From Acidimicrobiia bacterium (GTDB taxonomy: Bacteria > Actinomycetota > Acidimicrobiia > Spongiisociales > ZC4RG35), in the NCBI GenBank assembly GCA_050741915.1, contig JBOGEX010000089.1, positions 717 to 64,716 of the forward strand: 64,000 nucleotides of DNA. The letters run 5' to 3'. The notes under the pieces are model-generated. The model worked only from the letters and a program-made list of their open reading frames with translations. It did no database searches and had not been told where the DNA came from. Shown here piece after piece: positions 56,857-64,000 of this stretch. Within the stretch, counting starts at the first letter, position 1. Each line of letters starts with the position of its first letter. Made by a program: the position numbers and the translations under genes.

Positions 56857-57861
56857 CTATGACAGCATCGATCCGATGGCACCAGCCCAGGTCTCGGCGG
56901 CAACCGGTCCGCCGTTGACCATCGTCGTCAGTCGATGGCGCGCTGCGTGCCCGCCGCTAACGAGCGCCAGCTGGGTCCGGGTATGGGCCCCGCCGTGGAC
57001 CCCTTTCAGGGGTGGTGATTCGAAAGCGCCGAAGTAGCGGGTCCGCTCGCACCAGGCGAGGACGTTGCCGTCCTCCAGCTGCGCCCATCCTTCGACTGCG
57101 TCCACACCGTCAAGTACGGCCGGGTCCGGCAAAGGACCGAGCAACGCCGCGCTCCCTTCGTCGATGACGATCGCGTTGTCGCCGACGACCGACCTCAGGT
57201 CGATCCCCGGACGATCGGCGGCTGTGTCCTGGATGTGGTCGCTGACGACGATGATCACAGTGTCCTCCCAATCGATCGGCTCCTCGAGTTGGGCGATGCG
57301 ATCGTCGACCTGTCGATAGGCCTCTTCGGCTTCGGCTGAAATCGGTCCGTGTATATGCGAATAGGTGTCGATCGATCCGAAGTATCCAACGACGAAACGC
57401 GCCGAGGAGCCAATGGCCGCAACCAAGAGCGGAAGCACTGCCTCGTCGGCGGGGTAGCCGAGAGGGTCGAGAGCAATGTCGGAGGGGAGCAACCCATCTC
57501 GCGGCCAATGCGAAGCCGCTGCGGTCGCCCCCATCACTCCCACTAGATGATGGTCGCCGAGAATCGCAACTGCTTCACCCCCGAAACGATCGAAGAGAGT
57601 CGGCGTCAGCGGACCTACCTCCCATGCCCCTAACACCTCGCCGTTGCGAATGACGTGATTGGCATGGATTCCGTGTGACGAAGGCGCGGTCCCGGTTACG
57701 AAGCTGGCGTGATTGGGATAGGTGGATGAGGCCATCACGGAGCGCCCCGGCCCCGTGGCGGCGCCATCGGCGTTGGCCCAGCGCCAAAGGTTGGGAGTCA
57801 GGCGCGGACTCAGCCGCATCGGGTCGAACGCGTCGAGAATCAAGAAGAGGACCCGCACCAA
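56857..57861 (-). CDS. Nucleotide pyrophosphatase/phosphodiesterase (alkaline-phosphatase superfamily), no signal peptide
   Basis: LILDAFDP...LTPNL...STYPNHASFVTGTAPSSHGI is the classic NPP N-terminal core. TTG/GTG start. Confidence 0.8.
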   Translation of the reverse strand: MVRVLFLILDAFDPMRLSPRLTPNLWRWANADGAATGPGRSVMASSTYPNHASFVTGTAPSSHGIHANHVIRNGEVLGAWEVGPLTPTLFDRFGGEAVAILGDHHLVGVMGATAAASHWPRDGLLPSDIALDPLGYPADEAVLPLLVAAIGSSARFVVGYFGSIDTYSHIHGPISAEAEEAYRQVDDRIAQLEEPIDWEDTVIIVVSDHIQDTAADRPGIDLRSVVGDNAIVIDEGSAALLGPLPDPAVLDGVDAVEGWAQLEDGNVLAWCERTRYFGAFESPPLKGVHGGAHTRTQLALVSGGHAARHRLTTMVNGGPVAAETWAGAIGSMLS

Positions 57862-57862
57862 C

Positions 57863-57878
57863 TATATGTTAACATATA
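57863..57878. promoter_or_regulatory. Perfect 16-bp AT-rich palindrome TATATGTTAACATATA, 5 nt upstream of the vapB-2 ATG and 2 nt from the divergent NPP start
   Basis: Read directly; the most AT-rich spot in the neighbourhood. Confidence 0.5.
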
Positions 57879-57882
57879 CGCT

Positions 57883-58110
57883 ATGAACCGGACTACCATT
57901 TACCTCGACTCGGAGCTCGAAGCCCGCCTCAAACAAGAAGTGGGACGCCTCGGCATCCCCATGGCCGAGTACATCCGCGATTCGATCGCGGCCCGCCTGG
58001 ACCAAAGCCAACGCCGCCGCTCACCGTACGCGGGGGCGTTTGCTAGTGGACGATCGGACACCTCCGATCGAGCCGAGCAGTTGCTCGAGGAGGGATTCGG
58101 GCGGAGCTGA
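57883..58110 (+). CDS. RHH (CopG-like) antitoxin VapB, locus 2
   Basis: MNRTTIYLDSELEARLKQEVGRLGIPMAEYIRDSIAARL; 75 aa. Stop shares 1 nt with the vapC ATG. Confidence 0.8.
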   Translation: MNRTTIYLDSELEARLKQEVGRLGIPMAEYIRDSIAARLDQSQRRRSPYAGAFASGRSDTSDRAEQLLEEGFGRS

Positions 58111-58514
58111 TGTCTCTGGTCCTCGATACCGGGCCGTTATATGCCTGGTATGACCGCAGCGATCGCTGGCATGAGGCCACCCGAGCACTGTTCGTCGCCG
58201 AGCCAGGAGCTTTGCTGCTTCCAGCCCCGGTGATTTCTGAGGTCGATTACTTGCTTGGCACCATTGGGAGCGGTGCTAGAGAAGCTCTCTATAGCGACCT
58301 GGTCGAGGGGCAGTACCTCGTTGCCACCGTCTCTCCTGCCGGCTACGCCCGCATTCAGGAGCTCAATGCTCGGTATCGGTCGCTCGAGCTGGGGTTCGTT
58401 GACGCCGCCGTCATGGCCATCGCCGAGGAACGAGGAGTTGCTCGAGTTGCCACCACCGACCGTCGCGATTTCTCAGCCGTCGAGCTGTCGGTTCCTCTCG
58501 ACCTGCTCCCCTAG
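58110..58514 (+). CDS. PIN-domain toxin VapC, locus 2 (intact)
   Basis: MSLVLDTGPLYA...ISEVDYLL...GFVDAAVMAIAEE...TTDRRDF carries all four acidic PIN positions. Confidence 0.85.
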   Translation: MSLVLDTGPLYAWYDRSDRWHEATRALFVAEPGALLLPAPVISEVDYLLGTIGSGAREALYSDLVEGQYLVATVSPAGYARIQELNARYRSLELGFVDAAVMAIAEERGVARVATTDRRDFSAVELSVPLDLLP

Positions 58515-58909
58515 AGCTTGAATGCGTGGGGTAACAATTCGCCGAGAGTGTGCTCGCGCACTTCTTCGGCCGCGGTCGTGACCAGCACCCGCTCGGTGTC
58601 GAACTCGTTGAGAATCTGCCGGCAACGGCCGCAGGGATAGGCGAGATCGACCGAGGGGGCATCGATGCAAGCCACCGCCACGACCTCAATCTTGCGCGCC
58701 CCGGCGGTAACCGCCGTCCCAACCGCAGTTGCTTCCGCACAGTTGCTCGACGGGTAGGCCGCGTTCTCGACGTTGGCTCCACTAAAGATCCGACCATCCG
58801 CCGAAAGGACGGCGGCCCCGACCCGGAACCCGGAATAGGGGGCATAGGCGGCCAGGGCCGCTTCCCGGGCTGTATCGATGAGACCCTGGTCGTCGACGGG
58901 CTCAGTCAT
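58511..58909 (-). CDS. cdd: Cytidine deaminase
   Basis: Start at ATG 58909 (MTEPVDDQGLIDTAREAAL...). CAEATA and PCGRCRQ zinc motifs. The longer ORF is Arg-rich junk overlapping ftsY. Confidence 0.9.
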   Translation of the reverse strand: MTEPVDDQGLIDTAREAALAAYAPYSGFRVGAAVLSADGRIFSGANVENAAYPSSNCAEATAVGTAVTAGARKIEVVAVACIDAPSVDLAYPCGRCRQILNEFDTERVLVTTAAEEVREHTLGELLPHAFKL

Positions 58910-59898
58910 GCATCGGCCAGCAATTCGTCGACGAAGGCATCCGGCTCGAAAGGCATGAGGTCGTCGACCTGCTCCCCTACCCCGATGAACTTGACGGGCA
59001 CGCCTAATTCGTTCTCGACGGCGACCACGATCCCGCCGCGGGCTGTCCCATCGAGCTTGGTGAGGATGATGCCAGTGAGCCCGATCGCTTGGGCGAACTC
59101 CCGTACCTGCGCAATTCCGTTCTGGCCCCCGGTGGCGTCGAGGACCAGGAACGACTCGCTGATGCGACCGCCCTCTCGTTCGAGCACACGACGGATCTTG
59201 CGGAGTTCGTCCATGAGGTTCTGCTTGGAATGGAGGCGACCGGCGGTATCGACAATCACGACGTCCTTGCCGCGAGCTTTGGCGGCAGTCAACCCGTCGA
59301 ATGCCACGGCTGCTGGATCGGAGCCTGCGCGACCTCCTACTACCGGCACCCCCACCCGATCCGCCCATGTACGGAGTTGCGCATCGGCCGCTGCTCGGAA
59401 GGTGTCGGCCGCAGCCAGGAGCGGCTGGTGGCCGTCGGCCAGCATTCGGCCAGCCAGCTTGGCGATCGAGGTTGTCTTCCCCGCGCCATTCACGCCGACT
59501 ACCAAGACCACGGCTGGATCACCCTTGAGATCGACCGAACGATCTGCGTTGTCGAAGATCGAGCGCAATTCGGAGTCGAGCAATGACCGAGCGGCGGCGG
59601 CGTCCGTTGGCTTAGCGCGCCGGACGCGTTCGACAATTCCGGTCGATGCCGCCAACCCGACGTCTGCTCCGATCAGCGCCTCCTCCATTGATTGCCAGAA
59701 CTCCTCGTCGAGCGCTTCTCGCCCGAAGACGTTGCGAAGAGACTGGCCGAGAGCGGCCCGTGATTTCGAGATCCGTCCTTCGATCGTGGTTGGCCGCGCT
59801 CTCGTCGCCGGCTCGGCTTCCGATCGCTGGCGGTAGAACAAGAACCCGCCAACCAGTAGCAGCAATACGGCAACAACGATGAGGACCGCTTCCTCCAC
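58906..59898 (-). CDS. ftsY: SRP receptor FtsY with N-terminal TM anchor
   Basis: MEEAVLIVVAVLLLLVGGFLF anchor; GVNGAGKTTSIAKLA; 330 aa. Confidence 0.9.
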   Translation of the reverse strand: MEEAVLIVVAVLLLLVGGFLFYRQRSEAEPATRARPTTIEGRISKSRAALGQSLRNVFGREALDEEFWQSMEEALIGADVGLAASTGIVERVRRAKPTDAAAARSLLDSELRSIFDNADRSVDLKGDPAVVLVVGVNGAGKTTSIAKLAGRMLADGHQPLLAAADTFRAAADAQLRTWADRVGVPVVGGRAGSDPAAVAFDGLTAAKARGKDVVIVDTAGRLHSKQNLMDELRKIRRVLEREGGRISESFLVLDATGGQNGIAQVREFAQAIGLTGIILTKLDGTARGGIVVAVENELGVPVKFIGVGEQVDDLMPFEPDAFVDELLADA

Positions 59899-59931
59899 GA
59901 GCGGGAGCGTAACCAGCCCTCGAGTAAAGCC

Positions 59932-62900
59932 TCAGACTCCCAGGGCGGAGAGGTCGCGGGAGAGGACCTGGGATGAACCGCCGGGTTCCATGGTCACTCC
60001 GTAGAGCACGTCGGCTGCCTCCATCGTGTGTTGTTGATGGGTGATGAGGATCAGCTGGCTCTCGCCCCGGAAGACGTCGAGTAGACGGAGGAACCGGCGC
60101 AGGTTGGCGTCGTCGAGGGCCGCTTCTACCTCGTCGAGGATGTAAAAGGGCGACGGCCGCGCTCTGAAGATAGCGAAGAGGAAGGCCAGTGCCGCCAGCG
60201 AACGCTCGCCACCCGAGAGAAGGCTGAGCTTGGCGATCTTCTTCCCGTGAGGTTGAGCTTCGATCTCGACCCCTGAGGTGAGCGGCTGGTCGGGTTCGGT
60301 CAGACGCATTCGTCCCTGCCCGCCGGGGAAAAGGACCGTGAAATACTCCTCGTAGTTCGCAGCCACCTCTGCGAAGGCGGCCACAAATCGGCTTTCGATC
60401 TCTTCGTCGAGAGCATCCATCACCTTGCGCAGCTCGGCCCGGGATCGCTCGAGATCTGAGAGCTGGCTGCTCATGAACTCATGTCGTTCGAACAGCTCGC
60501 GATATTCCTCGGCGGCGAGTGGGTTGACCGGGCCCATCCGACGTAACTCGGCCGATCGAATCGCCAGCAGCTCCCTCAGGTCTTCGCCGTTAGAGGCCGG
60601 GGGTGGAGCAGTCAGTGCCTCGTTTGCCTCGGCGTCGATTTCACGGGCCAGCGATTCGACGACCGCCTCCCGACGTACCCGGGCTTCCGTGGCGGAGATC
60701 ACTAAATCGGCCAGAGCGGACCGGGCTTCTTCGATAGAGACCTCGAGTTGCCGCAACCTACTGCGCAGCTCGTTCAAGTGGACACTGACAGCCCGACCCT
60801 CATTCCGTTCCACCCCCAGCCGGTCCCGCAGTATCGCGATGCGGCCGGCCACGACTTCGATGGCACGGCGCGCAAGACTCTCTACCTTGGCCAGGCGGGC
60901 GAGGATCTCAACGGAAACAACGCGACTCGGTTCGGAGTTACCGGAGAGCTCGTTGCCTATCACCTCTTTGCGGGCCTCGAGCATCGCTCTTCTCTCGGTC
61001 GCGGTCGACGCCGCTGAGGCCGCCAGCTTCCAAGCGTCTCTCGTCTGCTCCTGTTCTCTCTGGAAGTGCCGCCGACGATCGTCGACTTGGGCCAGGAGCG
61101 CATGTCGTCGCCCCTCTTCCCCTTCGAGAACGGCCATAGAGGCGAGCAGTTCTTCGAGGGCTCCCTCGCGCTCGGAGATGGCGACCGCGAGAAGCGACTC
61201 TCGGCCCTGGAGTCGACCGAACTCTGCCGCCAGCTCGGCTATGTGGCGGCGGGAACGTCCCAGAAGCTCGGTCGCCCCGGCGAGCTTGACTTCCAATGCC
61301 TCTAAGCTCTCAAGGGCGGCTCGCTCGCCCTGGCGGCTTCCTTCGAACTGACGATGGAGGGTGGTCAGCCGACTCGTCGTCCGGGCGAGTTCGAGATCGG
61401 CTTTCTCTTGCTCAGCTTCGGCATCGAGCAACGTTCCGCCTTCGGGACGGGCCGTGCGAATCCCATCGCTCGTGATCAGATCGCCCTCCGCGGTTACGAC
61501 CCGAATCTCAGGATGACGCTGGACTGCGGTCCAGGCTGCCCCCCAACCTTCTGCAACGAGAACATCGCCCAGAAGCGCCCGGGCTAACTCGGCATTCTCA
61601 TCGCTAGTCAGGCCGAAGAGATCGATCAACGCCTGCAGCCCTGTCTTCTCCGTCAAAGCGCGGGCATCGCCTGCCGCTTTGACATGGCCGCCGACGACAG
61701 GAACACCGCCGCCGCCCTGCGCTTTCAACTGCCCCACGACTTCTTGCAACGCATCGACTGAATCGAAAGCAATCGCTCCCGCCCAGAGTCCGAGAGCGGC
61801 CCCAGTGGCAGCATCCCACTCTGGCGGGACCGACAGGAGATCGCTGATCGCCCCCCGAGCGCCCCGTGCTTCGGTCACCAACCGCCGACTCTCGATGTCA
61901 CCCGCGTCACTGAGAGAAAGTCGAATCGCTTCCTTACGGGCCTGAGTGGCGGCGGCCCAGAAACGCGACTCCTGCTGGTCGACCTGCGCTTTCTCCCAGG
62001 CGGCCTGATCCTGGCGGCGGCGAGTGGCTGCATTCTCGTACGTCGTGGCGGCCCGTCCCACCTCGACATCCAAATTTCGGATCTCGGCTGCATGTGCCTT
62101 CGAAGCCTCGTTCTCGCAATCCATCTGTTCGGTCACGATCATCAGGCGCTTCCTTGTTGCCTCGAGCTCCCGTCGATCTCTCTCGTCGGCTGCCAGCATC
62201 GAACGATGCTCGCCCTGGGAAACGGCGAGGGCCCCCTCGGCAGAGAGTCCTACCTGATCTGCGAGTGAGCGTTCCTGTGCTTCGATCAATCGCAGAGTCG
62301 CCTCGAGCTGTTCGACCTGGCATCGGGCGGCCTGCTGTTTGGCGTTGGCATCTCCGAGCTCGATCTCGAGACCGACCAACTCCGTTTCCAGGTCCCGCCG
62401 TCTCTCGTCCACGTCCTCGCGCCGGGAAAGGGCACTGCGGTGACGTTCGTGGGCGACCTGAGCAATACGACGAAGACTTTCGAGCGTTGTCTCCAAACGC
62501 GCCGCCGCCAGGCTGTCGCGCTCGGTCGACGCCGAAAGCGACTGCGACCGTTGATCCAGGGCGGCGGCCTCGGGTTCGAGGGCGGCAACCTCTGTCTCGG
62601 CGCCGTGAAGAACCGACTCCAACGCCGCCCGTTCGACGGCCGATTGGTTGATCAGAGCGTCGAGACGTCTAATCTCCTCACCCCTCAGGAAGAGCGTGAG
62701 GGCTCGAACTTCGGCGGTCGTCTCCTGATGGCGATTGGCAGCCTCAGCCTGCCGTTTCAGGGGCCGCATCTGGCGGGCGACTTCGGCGAGAATATCGGTG
62801 AGGCGCTGGCAGTCCTCGCTGGTTCGCTCGAGCCTTCTCATCGCCCGCTCCTTGCGCAGCTTGTGCTTGAGAATCCCGGCTGCCTCTTCGATGATCGCCC

Positions 62901-63372
62901 GGTGCTCGGCGGCATCGGCGGCGAGGATAGAGTCGACTTGTCCCTGGTTGACGATGATGTGCTGATGCCGCCCGACGCCGGAATCGCTCAGTAGCTCGGC
63001 TAGGTCCAGCAGCCGGCACTCGATCCCGTTGATCTCGTATTGAGAAGAGCCATCGCGAAAGAGACGGCGAGTGATGGCCACTTCGTCGAGGTCGAGGTCG
63101 AAGTCGCGCCGGCTGTTGTCCAGGACGACGGTCACTTCGGCCCGGTTCAATGCCGGACGGGTGACGGTCCCCGCAAAGATGACGTCCTCCATCTTCGAGG
63201 TCCGTAGTGAGCGCGGCGCCTGGGTTCCGAGGACCCAATGGACGGCGTCCACCAGGTTGGATTTTCCCGAACCGTTGGGGCCAACCACGACCGAAATGCC
63301 TGGTCGATACTCGAGCCGGGTACGGTCCGCAAAGGACTTGAAACCGACCAGTTTGAGCGTCTTCAAATACAA
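59932..63372 (-). CDS. smc: Chromosome segregation protein SMC
   Basis: 1146 aa, TTG start. (M)YLKTLKLVGFKSF...GPNGSGKSN; long coiled coils; C-terminal LSGGERSLAALAFLFA...LDEVEAALD. Confidence 0.95.
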   Translation of the reverse strand: MYLKTLKLVGFKSFADRTRLEYRPGISVVVGPNGSGKSNLVDAVHWVLGTQAPRSLRTSKMEDVIFAGTVTRPALNRAEVTVVLDNSRRDFDLDLDEVAITRRLFRDGSSQYEINGIECRLLDLAELLSDSGVGRHQHIIVNQGQVDSILAADAAEHRAIIEEAAGILKHKLRKERAMRRLERTSEDCQRLTDILAEVARQMRPLKRQAEAANRHQETTAEVRALTLFLRGEEIRRLDALINQSAVERAALESVLHGAETEVAALEPEAAALDQRSQSLSASTERDSLAAARLETTLESLRRIAQVAHERHRSALSRREDVDERRRDLETELVGLEIELGDANAKQQAARCQVEQLEATLRLIEAQERSLADQVGLSAEGALAVSQGEHRSMLAADERDRRELEATRKRLMIVTEQMDCENEASKAHAAEIRNLDVEVGRAATTYENAATRRRQDQAAWEKAQVDQQESRFWAAATQARKEAIRLSLSDAGDIESRRLVTEARGARGAISDLLSVPPEWDAATGAALGLWAGAIAFDSVDALQEVVGQLKAQGGGGVPVVGGHVKAAGDARALTEKTGLQALIDLFGLTSDENAELARALLGDVLVAEGWGAAWTAVQRHPEIRVVTAEGDLITSDGIRTARPEGGTLLDAEAEQEKADLELARTTSRLTTLHRQFEGSRQGERAALESLEALEVKLAGATELLGRSRRHIAELAAEFGRLQGRESLLAVAISEREGALEELLASMAVLEGEEGRRHALLAQVDDRRRHFQREQEQTRDAWKLAASAASTATERRAMLEARKEVIGNELSGNSEPSRVVSVEILARLAKVESLARRAIEVVAGRIAILRDRLGVERNEGRAVSVHLNELRSRLRQLEVSIEEARSALADLVISATEARVRREAVVESLAREIDAEANEALTAPPPASNGEDLRELLAIRSAELRRMGPVNPLAAEEYRELFERHEFMSSQLSDLERSRAELRKVMDALDEEIESRFVAAFAEVAANYEEYFTVLFPGGQGRMRLTEPDQPLTSGVEIEAQPHGKKIAKLSLLSGGERSLAALAFLFAIFRARPSPFYILDEVEAALDDANLRRFLRLLDVFRGESQLILITHQQHTMEAADVLYGVTMEPGGSSQVLSRDLSALGV

Positions 63373-63423
63373 GAGTTACACCTGTGTTATTCGGGATTTT
63401 TCAGGCTAGCTCTAGCCTCCCAG

Positions 63424-63696
63424 TTATTGGCGGATAACGAAACTTTGGATCAGCTGATCGAGAGCGACCGTCTCCGATTCGACGGACCACACCTGGGCCC
63501 CTGGGGGACCGTGCCAGAGCCAATCGACCATTTGATTTACGGCCTCTTCTTCGCCTTGTAACCAAACCTCGACCGTACCGTTGCCGTCGTTGCGGACCCA
63601 TCCCGCCAGCCCGTATCCCCCCGCTTCGCTCCGAGTGGCCTGACGGAATCCAACCCCTTGCACGCTCCCGTTAACGACCGCTTTGACGGCTTTCAT
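63424..63696 (-). CDS. acyP: Acylphosphatase
   Basis: Start at ATG 63696 (MKAVKAVVNGSVQGVGFRQATRSEA...GWVRNDGNGTVEV). Confidence 0.85.
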   Translation of the reverse strand: MKAVKAVVNGSVQGVGFRQATRSEAGGYGLAGWVRNDGNGTVEVWLQGEEEAVNQMVDWLWHGPPGAQVWSVESETVALDQLIQSFVIRQ

Positions 63697-64000
63697 TTTT
63701 GGCAGACCGGGCAGAAGAACGACGAACGACCTCCAACCACAACTCGCTCGATAGGCGTCCCGCATCGCCGGCACGCCTCGCCCTCCCGACCGTAGGCGAA
63801 GAGACGTTCGCGGAAGCCGCCGGCACGTCCGTCGGGAAGCAAATACGCCAGATCGTTGAGAGAGGTGCCACCTGCCTTGATACCGGCCCGGAGGACCGGA
63901 TTAATGGCACCCCGCAGCCTCTTCAGCTCATCTGTGGAGAGCTCGCCTCCGGGGCGGGTTGGTCGTACTCGGGCCCGAAAGAGCACCTCGTCTGCGTAAA
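63693..64000 (-). CDS. mutM: Formamidopyrimidine-DNA glycosylase, C-terminal part only (N-terminus beyond the window)
   Basis: H2TH region and zinc finger CRRCGTPIERVVVGGRSSFFCPVCQK; ATGA overlap with acyP. Confidence 0.85.
   Translation of the reverse strand, partial: YADEVLFRARVRPTRPGGELSTDELKRLRGAINPVLRAGIKAGGTSLNDLAYLLPDGRAGGFRERLFAYGREGEACRRCGTPIERVVVGGRSSFFCPVCQK

Noticed and set aside
63403-63418. Palindrome aggctag-ct-ctagcct between acyP and smc, considered as a terminator or operator.
   Set aside because: A 2-nt loop is too small for an RNA hairpin, there is no U-tract on the transcribed strand, and there is no second copy. Not enough support for a call.

Overview
High-GC, actinobacterial-type chromosomal segment, almost fully coding and mostly on the minus strand. 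I call 69 CDS and 2 pseudogenes. No rRNA, tRNA, CRISPR array, intact IS or prophage was visible by eye.

The backbone is conserved housekeeping synteny:
- hppA, ettA
- pnp-rpsO-ribF-truB-nrnA-rbfA-DUF503-infB-nusA-rimP
- serC, fdhD, proS-ispG-rseP-dxr-cdsA-frr-pyrH-tsf-rpsB
- whiG/fliA-type sigma, xerC-dprA-comM
- yraN-lepB-rplS-trmD, rimM-KH-rpsP-ffh, ppc
- nucleoside salvage (upp, deoB, deoA, cdd), etfBA, ftsY-smc-acyP-mutM

Three small accessory islets break this backbone:
1. 29.8-34.4 kb splits comM from yraN. It holds about 415 nt of unexplained non-coding DNA, a decayed DUF222/HNH endonuclease pseudogene carrying a 55-nt palindromic insertion inside its HNH motif, a crotonase, three tiny tightly packed genes and an ABC-2 exporter.
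2. 36.5-41.8 kb splits rimM from trmD. It holds a Gmad2 lipoprotein, a Lia-like HisKA_3 kinase with a NarL regulator, a TGACA/TGTCA inverted-repeat promoter region, an unannotated 35-aa ORF, an RHH protein, a soluble DUF4097 beta-solenoid and an acyl-CoA dehydrogenase whose stop overlaps the trmD start. This is my best candidate for an uncharacterised module.
3. 56.2-58.5 kb holds two vapBC loci, one with an amber-interrupted toxin, flanking a cytoplasmic NPP-family phosphodiesterase.

Two dispersed hairpin repeat families occur in intergenic DNA. Repeat-encoded low-complexity tails occur on PNPase, NusA and IF2. lepB probably starts at a CTG codon. An alkyltransferase-like (Cys-less MGMT) gene is coupled to upp.

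Everything was read by eye from the sequence and the ORF track. Family assignments rest on recognised motifs, not on searches. Many long ORFs in the track are antisense or out-of-frame artefacts of the high GC content and were not called.
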